64,000 bases of DNA from Raja brachyura (Eukaryota). The notes beneath the pieces were generated by a model. That model was given only the letters and a program-made list of their open reading frames with translations, was not told the DNA's origin and did not search any database. Shown here in pieces: positions 51,570-63,839 of the stretch; within the stretch, counting starts at the first letter, position 1; each line of letters starts with the position of its first letter. The position numbers and the translations under genes were made by a program. The stretch lies in NCBI GenBank assembly GCA_963514005.1, contig OY740809.1, positions 20,398,001 through 20,462,000 on the forward strand, in the 5' to 3' direction.

Positions 51570-52506
51570 TATATATTACGAAAGGATGGTATGGATAATC
51601 AATCCACAATAGTCAATTATGTTATACTTTGTGTTTTACTAATAAAATAGTGTTTCATACCCAGTGAAAATACCTGCAGACAGCGAGGGTGTGCTGAAAA
51701 CAAAATGACAATTTGGTGACAATAATAATCAATTACATTGAAAGTGTTCTGTCACCTGCAAAGCCTGAAATCTTAGTAGCAAAACCAGGTAACAATGTTG
51801 ATGGATAAATGTATACATTCTGCCTGTAGTATCATTTCGCAAGTTGAATTAACATGATAGACAAATCTTTTTTTTTTTACCCAGAGTTTTACATTTCTAA
51901 AATTATTCAAACACAAGGGCTCTATATTTTTGTTCATGTCTTTCAATGACATCTGGTTTATAAACATACATCTTGAAGATCATTTTGAGCAAAATAAAAG
52001 TATATGAAAGTACATTGAAATGAGTACAGTACAGAAGCTCATTGATCCAATCCCACACTGGCTCTCCACCAGAGCAACATGATGGTGAATATTTGAACAT
52101 AAATACATTTTAACATTACAACATGACTGAAACAAAGGTATTAATTTAACTGCAATTCTGTGCGTCCATTTTCTCTTTAACAAACGTGCCGAAGAGGTTC
52201 TTCGCTATAGGGTTTAGTCTCTCTTAGTTTTAAAAACATACAATATCCAACATGGAACACTTTTACAAAGCTATACAATCGAATGTCAATAATCTGAACA
52301 ATTACCATCCCACCTTTCCTATTGAACAGAAACGAGAAACAACTAATACAATTGGTATCATTAACATTTTAAGGGGCAAATAAATGTCAAATTGATACAA
52401 CTTACATTTTAAACCCCTCGGGTAACTCTTATACTTTTCTTGCTTTAATAGAAATGACTCAGCACAGAATGGTTCCTCAGTCACTCTTCTCAACGGTATC
52501 ATAAAC

Positions 52507-55232
52507 TTAGACTAGTTCATCTTTGTCAGCCAGGATTTCTCGTACTGCATGAACTTGGCAGCTTTCTGGATCTTCTCCCCCTGAACTCAGGAACTCCGTC
52601 TCGCCATCAGGCTCTCTAGCAATCCAGCCAGACTCTTTGTCATATTCCTGAAATTCTGTATCATGGTCTGTATGTGAATCTAAGTCGATAGGCTCATCAG
52701 AATTCGACGAGTCTATGCAGTTAATGCACAGACCTAAAGATTTGGCACCATCTTGTGCAGTTTTGGTTGCAATGCCAGTGAATGGCTTCTCGCAAACTTT
52801 GCAAGTAATGATGTCTCTAGATCTGTGGACCTGGGAAAAGTTCAAACAATGCGATGACATGAATGAAACGAGAAGGAAACACAAAATATTATTAGGAACA
52901 AATATAACTCTTTGCTCTTGGTGATCAGAGCAATAGACACATTGTAAATGTTGAAGAGAACAAAATGATTAATTAAATAATTAATGAATTAATAAAAAGT
53001 GAAAGCAAAGTCCTGTTGCAATGCTGGCAAAAAAGTACCAACTAACAACATTAAGACTCAGTACTTCAAGTTCATTTGCACCTCTACTAAATCATAAAGA
53101 TTCACTTTTTACAATATAAAGAGACACAACTATGATACTAAGGCAAGATGCTCAGAGATTCAGGCAAAATAGATATTAAAGTTTTAGATCATAAATGGTC
53201 TGTGATTTAATGGATGTTTACTGTTAAGCAAAACTACTTGTAGACATATTAAGGGGAAAGGTGAATATCATAAAGGAAACCACCAAAACAGATCATGAGG
53301 CAGAAAAAGAGTTCCACATTCACATTTGATGATATCCAAGAGATAATGCCAGTATGAACCAGCTGATATTTCTGCCACCTCCCCATTATTATTTACATTA
53401 ATGTCCACCAGGTGTTTTTCTCACTTCAGAAAATATAGCACAAGCAGGATATTGAGTTCCTGCCTACTGCAACAAAAAAAAAATCAAATTCAGTAATCAA
53501 CAAGACCTTACACTCAGGTGGTGGTTGCGGAGATGCTCAAGTCGTGTGAATCGCTTGTCACAGGAATTGCAATAATATGGTCGCTCTCCTGTATGTGATC
53601 GTAGATGTCGCTTCAAGTCAGATTTCCTCTTCACAGTATGTGTACAGAAAGGGCACTTGAATCTCACCTTTCGTAATACATTACAGTCTCCTTAGAAAGA
53701 AATTCAGACACTTAGTGTGACCTTTAACCAAACTGAAAATATCCGTAGCTGTAAATCTGCATATGACCACAGCAAATAATGCAAATAGAAACACGAAACA
53801 TAACAACAGAACATTACTGATAAATATAACATGGTTGAAAATTGAGAGAGGCTGAAATGTCTGACACTGGAAGTTATATTATCTTACTTATAGCATGTAT
53901 CAAGTTATTATTTTCCTTCTGTATATATGACATTTTCTTGTTAACCTAAATATGCAAATTTTGAGCAATATTTGCATTTCCTGCTCTTTCTCTTCACAAG
54001 GTTTTTTGCTTTCTTGGATAACCCCTGCAAAATGCCTTAGAATGGTCACTATTTGTCCATACAAATGGAAGCAGTTGCAGCAGTCATCAGAAATTTATGA
54101 AATGGACAACAGTGACTTCCAAACAAGTGAATGGACGTTTAAAGTTACTCCATTCGGCCAGACATGTATGCAGTTGAACAGTATATAAGTGGTTCATGGC
54201 CGTCAGATTTGTACGGCAAATGATAAATCAGGTACCCATTAAGATAAGGTACCCAGACACCACACACCAACAACCTGGCTCGATCTTTGTCATTAAAGGA
54301 CTGCTATGGCTACCTGCTATTTCTCTTTTCCATTTATCTGCAACTTCCACAATTTTAGGTATTGGTGGATTACAGTCTTCTGTCTTTCGATCCCTATTTT
54401 GAGAAGGTTGCTCAATTGAGTCACTGTAATTTTGTAGCAGAGGCAGCATATCAATCTGCTGATGCCTGAAACAACTCACTGGAAGGGCAATTGATTCCAA
54501 ACCTGATACTCTCTTCTTGTCACCATAGGGAACAACTTTGTTGTGTTCAGATGTTATTGCATTTGCACCTGAAACACACAAGTTACTGGCTTTGTAAACA
54601 GCAAGTTCAGAAACATCCATACGCTCTTGATTATTGGCGATAGAAATTGATAACTGGTCTCTGGAAAAGGGAAGGCTTGAAATTGCTTGATGAAAGTTGA
54701 AACTTATCCGGGATTGCCCAACAAGACTTCCGACATTGGAGTTCTTCCGAGTACGGCAAGAATTAGTCTCCAGATTCTGGCTGATGGTGTGCAAGGATGT
54801 TGCTTCACTGCATTTAATCTTGCCATTATTGGAATAACTTAAATATTTCTCTTTTACACTTATGTCCAGTGATGATTTGATGAAGTTCTTGCAAACACTG
54901 AACACATCTGTCATTTGCAGGTAGCTGGCTGCTGACATCACATCAATAACATTTTGGCTTGAGAGTGACAGTGTTCCCGAATATATGAAATCTAAAATAA
55001 TTGTAAATGCATCTGCAGAAAAGACGTTGAACGTGGCTACAGTAGGCTGTCCCGCATCCTGGGCACTATGCAGAAGTAGCATACGGAAGTAGCCACAGCT
55101 GGCAAATAAAACATTACGGTGACATTTGAAGACTCTTCCCTCCACAATGATGCTACAGTCACAAAACATTTCTTGTTTGCGCTGTTCATTTAATTGGTGA
55201 AATAAACGGGCTTGGTGTGAGAAGATCTCCAT
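52507..55232 (-). CDS. ZBTB8A: Zinc finger and BTB domain-containing protein 8A, 3 coding exons
   Basis: Exon 55232-~54236 encodes [45 protein letters not shown]...SSLDIS, the ZBTB8A-type BTB; the phase-1 donor ATGG|GTACCT is my best guess. Exon 53690-53512 encodes [47 protein letters not shown]. Exon 52830-52507 encodes [13 protein letters not shown]...LCINC and an acidic tail. Confidence 0.9.
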
Positions 55233-55331
55233 TCTGAGAGCTGCCTGAGGTGACACGAGTCTGTAACGGATATGAAAAATATTATTTTGCTACGATTAGA
55301 AGGAAATCCATATCAATAATATACACCAATG

Positions 55332-57080
55332 CAGTGCCCTCCATAATGTTTGGGACAAAGATCCATCATTTATTTATTTGCCTCTGTACTCCACAATTTG
55401 AGATTTGTAATTTTAAAAAAATCACATGTAGTTAAAGTGCACATTGTCAGATTTTAATAAAGGCCATTTTTATACATTTTGGTATCACCATGTAGAAATT
55501 ACAGCAGTGTTTATACATATTCCCCCCCCCCCCCCCCCCCCCACCCATCCACCCCCCCCCCCACACAATTTCAGGGCACCATAATGTTTGGGACACCGCA
55601 ATGTCATCTAAATGAAAGTAGTCATGTTTAGTATTTTGTTGCATACCCTTTGCATGCAATGACTGCTGGAAGTCTGCGATTCATGGACATCACCAGTTGC
55701 TGGGTGTCTTCTCTGGTGATGCTCTGCCAGGCCTGTATTGCAGCCATGTTTAGCTTATGCTTGTTTTGGGGGCTAGTCCTCTTCAGTTTTCTCTACTCCA
55801 TACAAGGCATGCTCAATCGGTTTCAGATCGGGTGATTGAATTGGCTACTCAAGAATTGACCATTTTTTAGCTTTGAAAAACTCCTTTGTTGCTTTAGAAG
55901 TATGTTTGGGATCATTGTCTTGCTGTAGAATGAATCGCCGGCCAATGAGTTTTGAGGCATTTGCTTGAACTTGAGAAGATAGGATGTGTCTATACTCTTC
56001 AGAATTCATTATGCTACTACCATCAGCAGTTGTATCATCAATGAAGATAAGTGAGCCAGTTCCTTCAGCAGCCATACATGCCCAGGCCATAACACCCCCA
56101 CCCCCGTGTTTCACAGATCAGGTGGTATGCTTTGGATCTTCGGCAGTTCCTTCTCTCCTCCATACTTTGCTCTTGCCATCACTCTGATATAAGTTAATCT
56201 TTGTCTCATCTGTCAACTAGACCTTTTTCCAGAACTGTAGTTGCTCTTTTAAGTACTTCTTGGCAAACTGTAACCCAGCCATCCTATTTATGCAGTTAAC
56301 CAGTGGTTTGCATCTTGCAGTGTAGCCTCTGTATTTCTGTTCATGAAGTCTTCTGTGGACAGTGGTCATTGACAAATACACACCTGACTCCTGAAGAGTG
56401 TTTCTGATCTGTCGGACAGGTTTTTCGGGATATTCCTTTAATATAGAGAGAATTCATCTGTAATCAGCTGTGGAGGTCTCCCTTGGCCTGCAGTCCCTTT
56501 GTGATTAGTAAGCTCACTAGTGCTCTCTTTCTTCTTAATGATGTTCCAAACAGTTGATTTTGGTAAGCCTCAGGTTTGGCTGATGTCTCTAACAGTTTTA
56601 TCCTTGTTTTTCAGTCTCATAACAGCTTATTTGACTTTCATTGGCGCAACCTATGTCCTCATGTTGATAAACAGCAATAAAAGTTTCCAAAGGTGATGGA
56701 AAGACTGGAGGAAAGACTAGATGCTGAGAGTTCTTTTACACATGTATTAAGGAGGCAATTAAATACACCTGCGTAATTACAAATGCCTGTGTAGGCATGT
56801 GTCCCAAACATTATGGGAGGGGGCAGGGGGAGGGGGGAGGGGGAGGGGGGAGGGGGAGGGGGAGGGGGGAGGGGGGGAGGGGGAGGGGGGAGGGGGAGGG
56901 GGCAGGGACTGGGACTATGTATAAACACTGCTGTAATTTCTACATGGTGAAACCAAAATGTATAAAACTATGTTTTAAAATCTGACAATGTGCACTTTAA
57001 CCACATGTGACTTTTTTAATTACATTTCTCAAATTGTGGAGTACAGAGGCAAATAAATGATGGGTCTTTGTCCCAAACAT
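55332..57080 (-). mobile_element. Tc1/mariner (IR/DR type) transposon with degenerate transposase, in a ZBTB8A 5' intron
   Basis: Long TIRs beginning CAGTGCCCTCCATAATGTTTGGGACA, with internal direct repeats at ~55580 and ~56800. ORF 55845-56114 reads KHGGGGVMAWACM...FILQQDNDPKHTSK. Confidence 0.9.
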
Positions 57081-58210
57081 AATCCACTTGTATATTGCAA
57101 GCGATTCAATCAAGCAGAACTTAAAATACCTTGTTTGCTTTGCTACAGCTTTCTGTCATCCTATGGAAGGGGATGACTATCCAGAGGTCACAAAATTAAA
57201 ATGTGCATGAAAACAACCAAAGGGCAAATGAAGAGGTTACATTCATTCCCAGCCCTCATGAAGACCTAAATACTATTAAGGAAGCACATTTTACTTTTAA
57301 GACCAAGCTTTAGTAGTTTCATGGCAAAAAAACTGAGGATGCAGCCCTAGATTAAATAAATAAATGAATGGGTTTAAGCTTAGAAAGATGAGAAGTGAAT
57401 CCACATCTCATGTTTTTTATGTAGTATCGAACAACTTTTTTTATATACAAGTTCTTCAGAAATGATATTGGCACAGGTGATAGGCCAAATTAGGCTTTGC
57501 ATTTCCCTGACTCTTCCAGCCCTATAACTCTCCAGGAATGTCATCCACTGGCTGCCATGCCTTCAGCCGTCTTGGACATGCCCTGGTATTCTCTCCAAAT
57601 ACCTTATCATCCACTGCTGTAAATGCCAGCCGATTCCCACTTTCAACCGGTTCCTTAAACCGTATTTCTCATGGCCAAAATTACCCATTTTTATAAAAAA
57701 AACTTCGCTGAATATGAACATAAATGGCCTCACACTTCCCTTGATCTCACTCATTAGCAGTCCAACCGAGGGCATTAAAGTCATAAAATTGGAGGTAGAA
57801 TTGGTAGACAAGTTTACTCTTTGTAAATAAATATGCAAAGGTTCCCCCAACACGCAGACACGAATTGCAGTGCGCGTTTGCGACCGGAGGGGAGGATGTG
57901 CGGAGCTGTGTTTGACCTGCCTGTGAAGCAAGGTAAGAATTTCCAAGATCCAATCCAGAGTGTGAATGACTTGATTGCAACTGGCCGGGTAACCAGAGTG
58001 GCGGCGGCGGCAACAGTGAAGAAAGAACGCCCGAGATCACCCGCCCGCGTCCGACACCCGCGCCGCCCGGACCACAGCGCACGTGACCAGCGGAGCGTGG
58101 GCGGACCAGGACCAACCGCCCGCGCACGAGACCAGCGCCGCGCGCAGCAACAGCAGCCCGGGTGGGTGGAACGGTTACGAGCGAGCGCAGCATCGGCGGG
58201 CGGGCGGGCA

Positions 58211-58235
58211 CAAAGATTATCCTCGATAATATTTG
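58211..58235. mobile_element. 25-bp palindromic micro-MITE with 8-bp TSD
   Basis: CAAAGATTATC-CTC-GATAATATTTG flanked by GGCGGGCA (58203-58210) and GGCGGGCG (58236-58243). Confidence 0.55.
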
Positions 58236-58375
58236 GGCGGGCGATCGGCCAGTGCAGGGGATGCATTATCTGCGGGAGGGGTGGGCGGCCAGTGCAGGGG
58301 GCTGCATTATCTGCGGGAGGGGTGGGCGGCAGCGGCGTGTCTCTGCCCTTCGGCCTTTCACGGGCTTGTTGCTAT

Positions 58376-58420
58376 CCAAGATCCTATAGCGTATAAAAGA
58401 GCTCCACTATAGGATCTTTG
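58376..58420. mobile_element. 45-bp palindromic micro-MITE with 8-bp TSD
   Basis: CCAAGATCCTATAG...CTATAGGATCTTTG flanked by GTTGCTAT at 58368-58375 and 58421-58428. Confidence 0.72.
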
Positions 58421-60049
58421 GTTGCTATTACCTCCACCTCGGGCTCTCATTCAAGCGGAGCAGAAAACCCCTTACCCGGGACAGACGACGCTTTCCACCC
58501 AGTCCGACCCGGACGTGCTTTTAACGCCTACAATTACAGCCGGTGGCACTGAAGAGGCGGAGTGCGACAGAGACCAGGACGGCGTGATTTTTATCCCGAG
58601 TACCGCGCTTTGACTACTCTCCAACTTCCTGTTTTTTACTCGGGTGTTTTGGAAAATAAGGCAGCGTCTGTCTTATGTTCCAAAACCGGACCGTCCCTCG
58701 GGAGCAGGGGCGTCGCTCCTTCCGTCTACATAATAGCTGCAGGAAGGAACTGCAGATGCTGGTTTACACCGAAGATAGACACAAAATGCTGGAGTAAGTA
58801 AGCGGGACAGAGAGCATAAATGGAGATAAGGAATGTCACCCATTCCTTTTCACCAGAGACGCTGCAGGTCCCGCTGTGTTACTCCAGCATGTTGTGTAAT
58901 AGGTCCCCCCGTCATGTTTGCAGATTAATGCAGCCTGAACGTTTAGAAAGGCATTGAAAATAAAGAATCACGTACCTTGGATAGACTCCAGCATTTTGTG
59001 TCTACCGACAATCATGTTCTTGATTAGAAAACATTCAGCAGGTCAATGACAATCAAAAGAAACATGCAAAACAGTTTACGCTATTAATATATTCGATGGC
59101 TTCATTTTTAGAATTAATTTAGATTTTATCTCGTGATCAAGAAATCCTTGAGGGCCTGTCCCACTTGGGCGACTTTTTAGGCGAGTGCAGGAGACCGCTT
59201 GCCTCATGATCGCCACATGTTCGCTGGTGAGTCTCCTTCGTGGTCACGATGAGTTCCCACATTCTGGTAACTAGTCGCGGCCTCAGTATGGTCGCCGCAA
59301 ATTTTTCAACGTGGAGAAAATCGATAATTCTGTAGTCGTTCAGTGCAATCAAAGGACCAATTGAGGTTACTCGTGCTGACACGGGAGTAAGTTCCACCGC
59401 CTGCTGTCCTGTTATCCATCGCCCACTGACCCGCTCCGCTCTAAGATCTTTGCTCTTCAAAGACACGGACCGGGCAGTGACTGCCATGCAGTGTCACCCA
59501 GCGCAGCGAGGCCATGTCCTGCTCCCAGAGGCAGGCGGAATTGAAGGATTTGCGGGAAGCGGCAGGAGAGAGGTGTTCAGATGGAGAGCATTGCCAGAGG
59601 TGAGCGGGCGGCAGATGGCACTGAGGTGGCGGCCAGTTCCGCTGCCCGGTCCCGGCGGCCGCTCGCAGCCAACTGAGCTACTTCACTCCCCAGCCACAAT
59701 GCGGTGGCTCTGCGCCCAGAGCGCCGTGGCAGCAGCAAGTGAGTGCTTTGCTGGTATGATCCCCAACCCCCCACTTCTCAATGCTCCTGCCTGTAGTGAC
59801 CCGGGCCAGACTCCCCACACGCTGTGAAAGGAACTCTTCCCCTCAATTAGTCCCTTGAACTAGTATTGTCATTCAATAAGATCACAACTGATTCAACTTG
59901 TCCCGGTGTGCTCCCGTTTTCCCCCACCATCTCCACCTGCCGTCACCCTCCACCCCCCACCAATTCAGTCATTCAGAATTAGGAGATTTGGAAGCCTTCG
60001 GCAAATTAAATTGTTACTTTCTTTATTTTCAGGTGCGTCTTCATTGCCG

Positions 60050-61050
60050 GGAAATACGGTAATCCCATTTTCCAACATTTGGCCCATATCTGTGTAAATA
60101 TTTCCTATCCATGTCTAAATGTATTTTAAACATTGGAATCATGCTCAGCGATACTACTTCCTCTGGCAGCTCATTCCATATATCCACCACAATGAAAATG
60201 TGGACCCTCAGGTACTCTTTAAATCATTGCCATCTCACTTTAAACCTGTACCCTCCAGTTTTAAACTCCACTTCTGTTAAAAGAAAGTGTGACCTTTACT
60301 TTATCCATGCCTCTCGTGACTTTATATACCTCCACAAGATCACCCTTATCTTCCTATGCTCCCAGGGGAAAAAAAAAATCACCTGTCTATTCAGTCTCTC
60401 CATATCTCAAACCCTCCAGTCTATTGCATTCTTTGGAACCTTTTCTGCACCCTTTCCGGTTTCACAACACCCTTCCTACAGATAGGCAACCAGAACTGTA
60501 CACAATACTCCAAGTGCTGCCTCACCAACATCTTGTACAGCTATACCACAACATATACCACAAGTTTTCAAGAGAGAGTTAGATTTAGCTCTTACGGCTA
60601 AGGGAATCATGGGAGATGTGGGAAAGAGCCGGAACTGATTTTAGAAGATCAGCCATGATCATATTGAATGGCGGTCAGTGCTGGCTCGAAGGGCTGAATG
60701 GCCTACTGCACCTATTTTCTATGACAGCTCATACTCAGTGCACAGACAGATGAACATGCCAAATACTTTCTGCATTTCCACCCCTATGTCTTGGTTCACA
60801 CTGCTCCAGGGCTCTGCCATTTGTACCATACAAATCCTGTGCTAGTTTAACTTCCCAAAATCCAACACTCTGCACTTATCAGAGTTAAGTTCCATCTGTC
60901 ATTCCTTGGTCTACTTTCTCAATTGGTCTAGATTCGGTTATAATCTTAGATAATCTTCACTGTCCACTGCACCACAAATGTGGGTGTCATCTGCAAATCT
61001 ATTACCCATATCAACTAGATTCTCATCCAAATAGATGACGAACAACAGTG
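60050..61050 (-). mobile_element. Degraded CR1 LINE 3' region with an embedded plus-strand CR1 tail (~60570-60725)
   Basis: Similar to the 33150-34860 CR1 fragment (CAGAACTGTACACAATACTCCAAGTG, GTGTCATCTGCAAA = FADDT on the minus strand). Confidence 0.6.
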
Positions 61051-61284
61051 GACCCAACACTGATTTCAGTGTCAGGTAGTTTAGATTCTCAATTTATATA
61101 TAGGCTGTGGGCCGAGCATCAAAAATGTGTCTAGATATGAGTTTTCGTGACCCAGGTCACAGAACTACATGAATTTTCCACAGATTTAGATGAAATATAA
61201 TTGAGAAGGATGTCATAACTCGCCAGTGCCAAAAGTTGCACATTAATTAATTAAACTAATTAGAAAATGAGATCGGGAAAGTAA

Positions 61285-61300
61285 GCGCCATCTAGTGGCC
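61285..61300 (-). promoter_or_regulatory. CTCF consensus-like site
   Basis: GCGCCATCTAGTGGCC is the reverse complement of GGCCACTAGATGGCGC. It lies within a small element bounded by ATAGGCTGT (61100) and ACAGCCTAT (61330). Confidence 0.45.
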
Positions 61301-61533
61301 AAAGTCCATATTACACCATGGACAGCCTATTTCCGTGTTGCAGTCCATTTAAACCATATTTTATTATACCTATATATATATGACTTGTAAATATGATTAA
61401 TCATATATAATTAAGTATAATTATATTATATAAAAATAATATGATGAATATAATTGAGAGTTTTTTTTAATGACACTGTCGCAGAGGTCCTGCTCCTGAA
61501 CCAGCCTAAATAATGGGTGAGGGCAGTTCCTGT

Positions 61534-61835
61534 GGGTTCCTCCCTTTACTGAACCCCACTGACTGCCAGTGTGCAGAGTGGGGGTCACGGCCATAGTGGG
61601 ACTGGGGCAGTGCCAGGCTGGAGGACAGCCCTGCAAGGCATCTTCCAGTCGCTTTAATAGGAAACGTAATGAGATTGCAGCAGAGGTCACGGGTTTTAAG
61701 GGCTCATGAACCTGCCTAATGAAAGGGTCAGGACAGATCCTCCGGGTTCCCCCGTTTACTGAACCCCACTGACTGCCATAGTGGGGAGAGTGGGGGTAAC
61801 GGCCATAGTGGGACTGGGGCAGGGCCAGGCTGGGT
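61534..61835. repeat. Two direct copies of a ~90-bp unit spaced ~210 bp apart
   Basis: GGGTTCC...TTTACTGAACCCCACTGACTGCCA...ACGGCCATAGTGGGACTGGGGCAG at 61534-61620 and 61744-61832. Confidence 0.75.
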
Positions 61836-62195
61836 GACAGACCTGTAAGAGATCTGTCTTATTTCTGATGTAAATGTCACATCCTGACCAAGAATCGAAT
61901 GCTCTGATGTTTACTCGATTAGTATTCATTTTAAGCTACAATGAGCCTATATTTATGTTAGAGATCCCCGATGGTGCCTTTGCAAATGAGGGTTATTACC
62001 TTTAACCTAAAATAACCCTAAAAGTGTTGCATTGTTTGAGTATCTGTAGTTTGTGTATGTATCTGTGTATACCTGTCAAACGTGTATATGTGGATGTGTG
62101 GATGTAAGTGTGTATGGATGCATGTGTGCATGGATGTGTACATGTATGTCTGCGTGCGGATGTGTGTGTGCGGATGTATGTGTGTATGTATGTAA

Positions 62196-63343
62196 CAGGC
62201 ACGTGCCGTCAGGGTAGGCAAGGTAGGCACTGCCTACCCTGACTAAAATTATAACATAGTAATAACTAAATATAAATAGTAAAATAGTAAATCGATCTCT
62301 TAGGTAGGCATAATTCTCCGTGCCTTTCATCCGCAGCGCTTGTAACACGGGAAGGTCTGTGCAGCCCACGTGCCGTCAGCGCTGCCTGAAGCCGTCAGTT
62401 TCAAGCGGGGCTGAAGGCAGCTGAAATTCTGCCTTTGCGGGGTTTTCAAATATGGTTTTCAGTTTCTTGGCGGGGTTTTCAAATATGATTTGTCAATATT
62501 TTAAGTGTATCTTAGGTAACAAAGAGAGAAGAATGGAGTTTGTGTAGCAATAATGTGGTAAGTACATTTTGTGTTTATGTTTTTAAATACTGTATTTCCC
62601 GGGGTGTGGGGGTGGGGGGGGAGAGCTCCTTTCCAAGCAGTTGGCGAGTCTGGCCCGGGGTAAAGTTGCGGGGCACTAATGTTAAGAATGAGGGGGATTG
62701 GAATAATGCCACTTGCGACGCTCCTTGCACGGAGGCGTGCAATGACAAGGCATTGAGGCCGGGGGGGGGGGGGGGGGGGGGGAAGAGTGAGAGAAGTAAC
62801 TCGTGTGGCTGAACGGCCGCCGGGCTGGACAGCGGAACCAGCCGCCATCTTAGCACCTGTGGGAATTTAAGGATTTGCAGGAAGCCGATGACATGAGCGA
62901 AGTCGGCGAACGGCAGGTGACAGGTGTTCCGATGGAGAGCACTGCCAAAGGTGAGCGGGCCGGCAGAAGGCGCTGAAGTGGCGGCCAGTTCTGCTGTTGG
63001 GTCCCGGTGGCCGCTCCCCGAGCTGCTTCTATCCCCAGCTACAGTGCGTGGCTTCGTGCCCAGAGAGCTGCGCTAGTTGTGAGTGAGTTACTGGCAGTAT
63101 CCCCGACACCCTCCTTCTCAACACTCGTGCCCTCCCCACAACTTTACCCCAGACTCTCCACACACTGTGAAAGGAACTGTTCCCCCAATTGGTCTAGGAC
63201 TAGGAAGCCTAGGAAGGGCAAATTGAAATGTCACTGCTTTTTATTTATTTATTTAACGGAGAGACCAATCTGCGCATGCACGGTTTAATTTTTAAAAGCG
63301 GACTGAGTGCCTACCCTGAGTAATTACTCACGGCACGTGCCTG
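62196..63343. mobile_element. Non-autonomous hAT-like DNA transposon
   Basis: 14-bp TIRs CAGGCACGTGCCGT / ACGGCACGTGCCTG; 8-bp TSD GTATGTAA at 62188-62195 and 63344-63351. It is inserted into a (TG/TATG)n-like simple repeat. Confidence 0.85.
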
Positions 63344-63839
63344 GTATGTAAGTGTGCGTACGGATGGATGTATGTGCGGATGGACTCTCATTCACCAGCA
63401 CGCCATTATCATAAGTAATTCACTCATTGTTTAAATAAGTTGACCAAATAAACAGCGAAATGATCGACACTAAAATAAAACATTATATAATAATTTATTT
63501 CCCCAATTTATTTGTTTACATTACATCTGATCTTCATCTGAATATTCATCAGATTCCAAGTCTTTTGATAAGTTTTGATAAGTCCATTGATAAGTTAGTT
63601 GAAGTTCAAGTGGAGGGTCAGGCAGAGGCTACTTAAAAAAAAATGCCATAGTCATTAAGTCAGCATGGACTAATTCATAAAATTCCAATCTCTTCTTAAT
63701 GTTAATGAGAATAACACTGTTACTACCATAGATTAGTTTAAGTTCACATACACCAATTCATTTCTACATAAACATCAACCATTTCTGACCATTTCTCACT
63801 CCAATGGAAGCCTGTAAAGTGCAATGAATATTCGTCCGT

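Larger units (their letters stand above)
57990..58720 (-). promoter_or_regulatory. CpG-island promoter and probable non-coding first exon(s) of ZBTB8A
   Basis: CpG-dense, with GC boxes (GGGCGG), CACGTG at 58080 and an ETS-like ACTTCCTG near 58624. Candidate minus-strand donors lie near 58039 (GTGAT) and 58475 (GTAAG). A ~40-bp tandem duplication spans 58246-58330. Confidence 0.6.

Noticed and set aside
14005-54125. Possibility that the duplication is an uncollapsed-haplotype artefact
   Set aside because: There are many unit-specific insertions, a defined novel junction, a pseudogenised passenger gene and high intronic divergence. Not formally excluded without read depth.
57563-58396. Overlapping 127-187 aa ORFs on both strands
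   Set aside because: They reflect a stop-poor CpG island and contain no recognisable domain.
62002-62369. His/Thr-rich ORFs
   Set aside because: They are translations of a degenerate (TG/TATG)n simple repeat.
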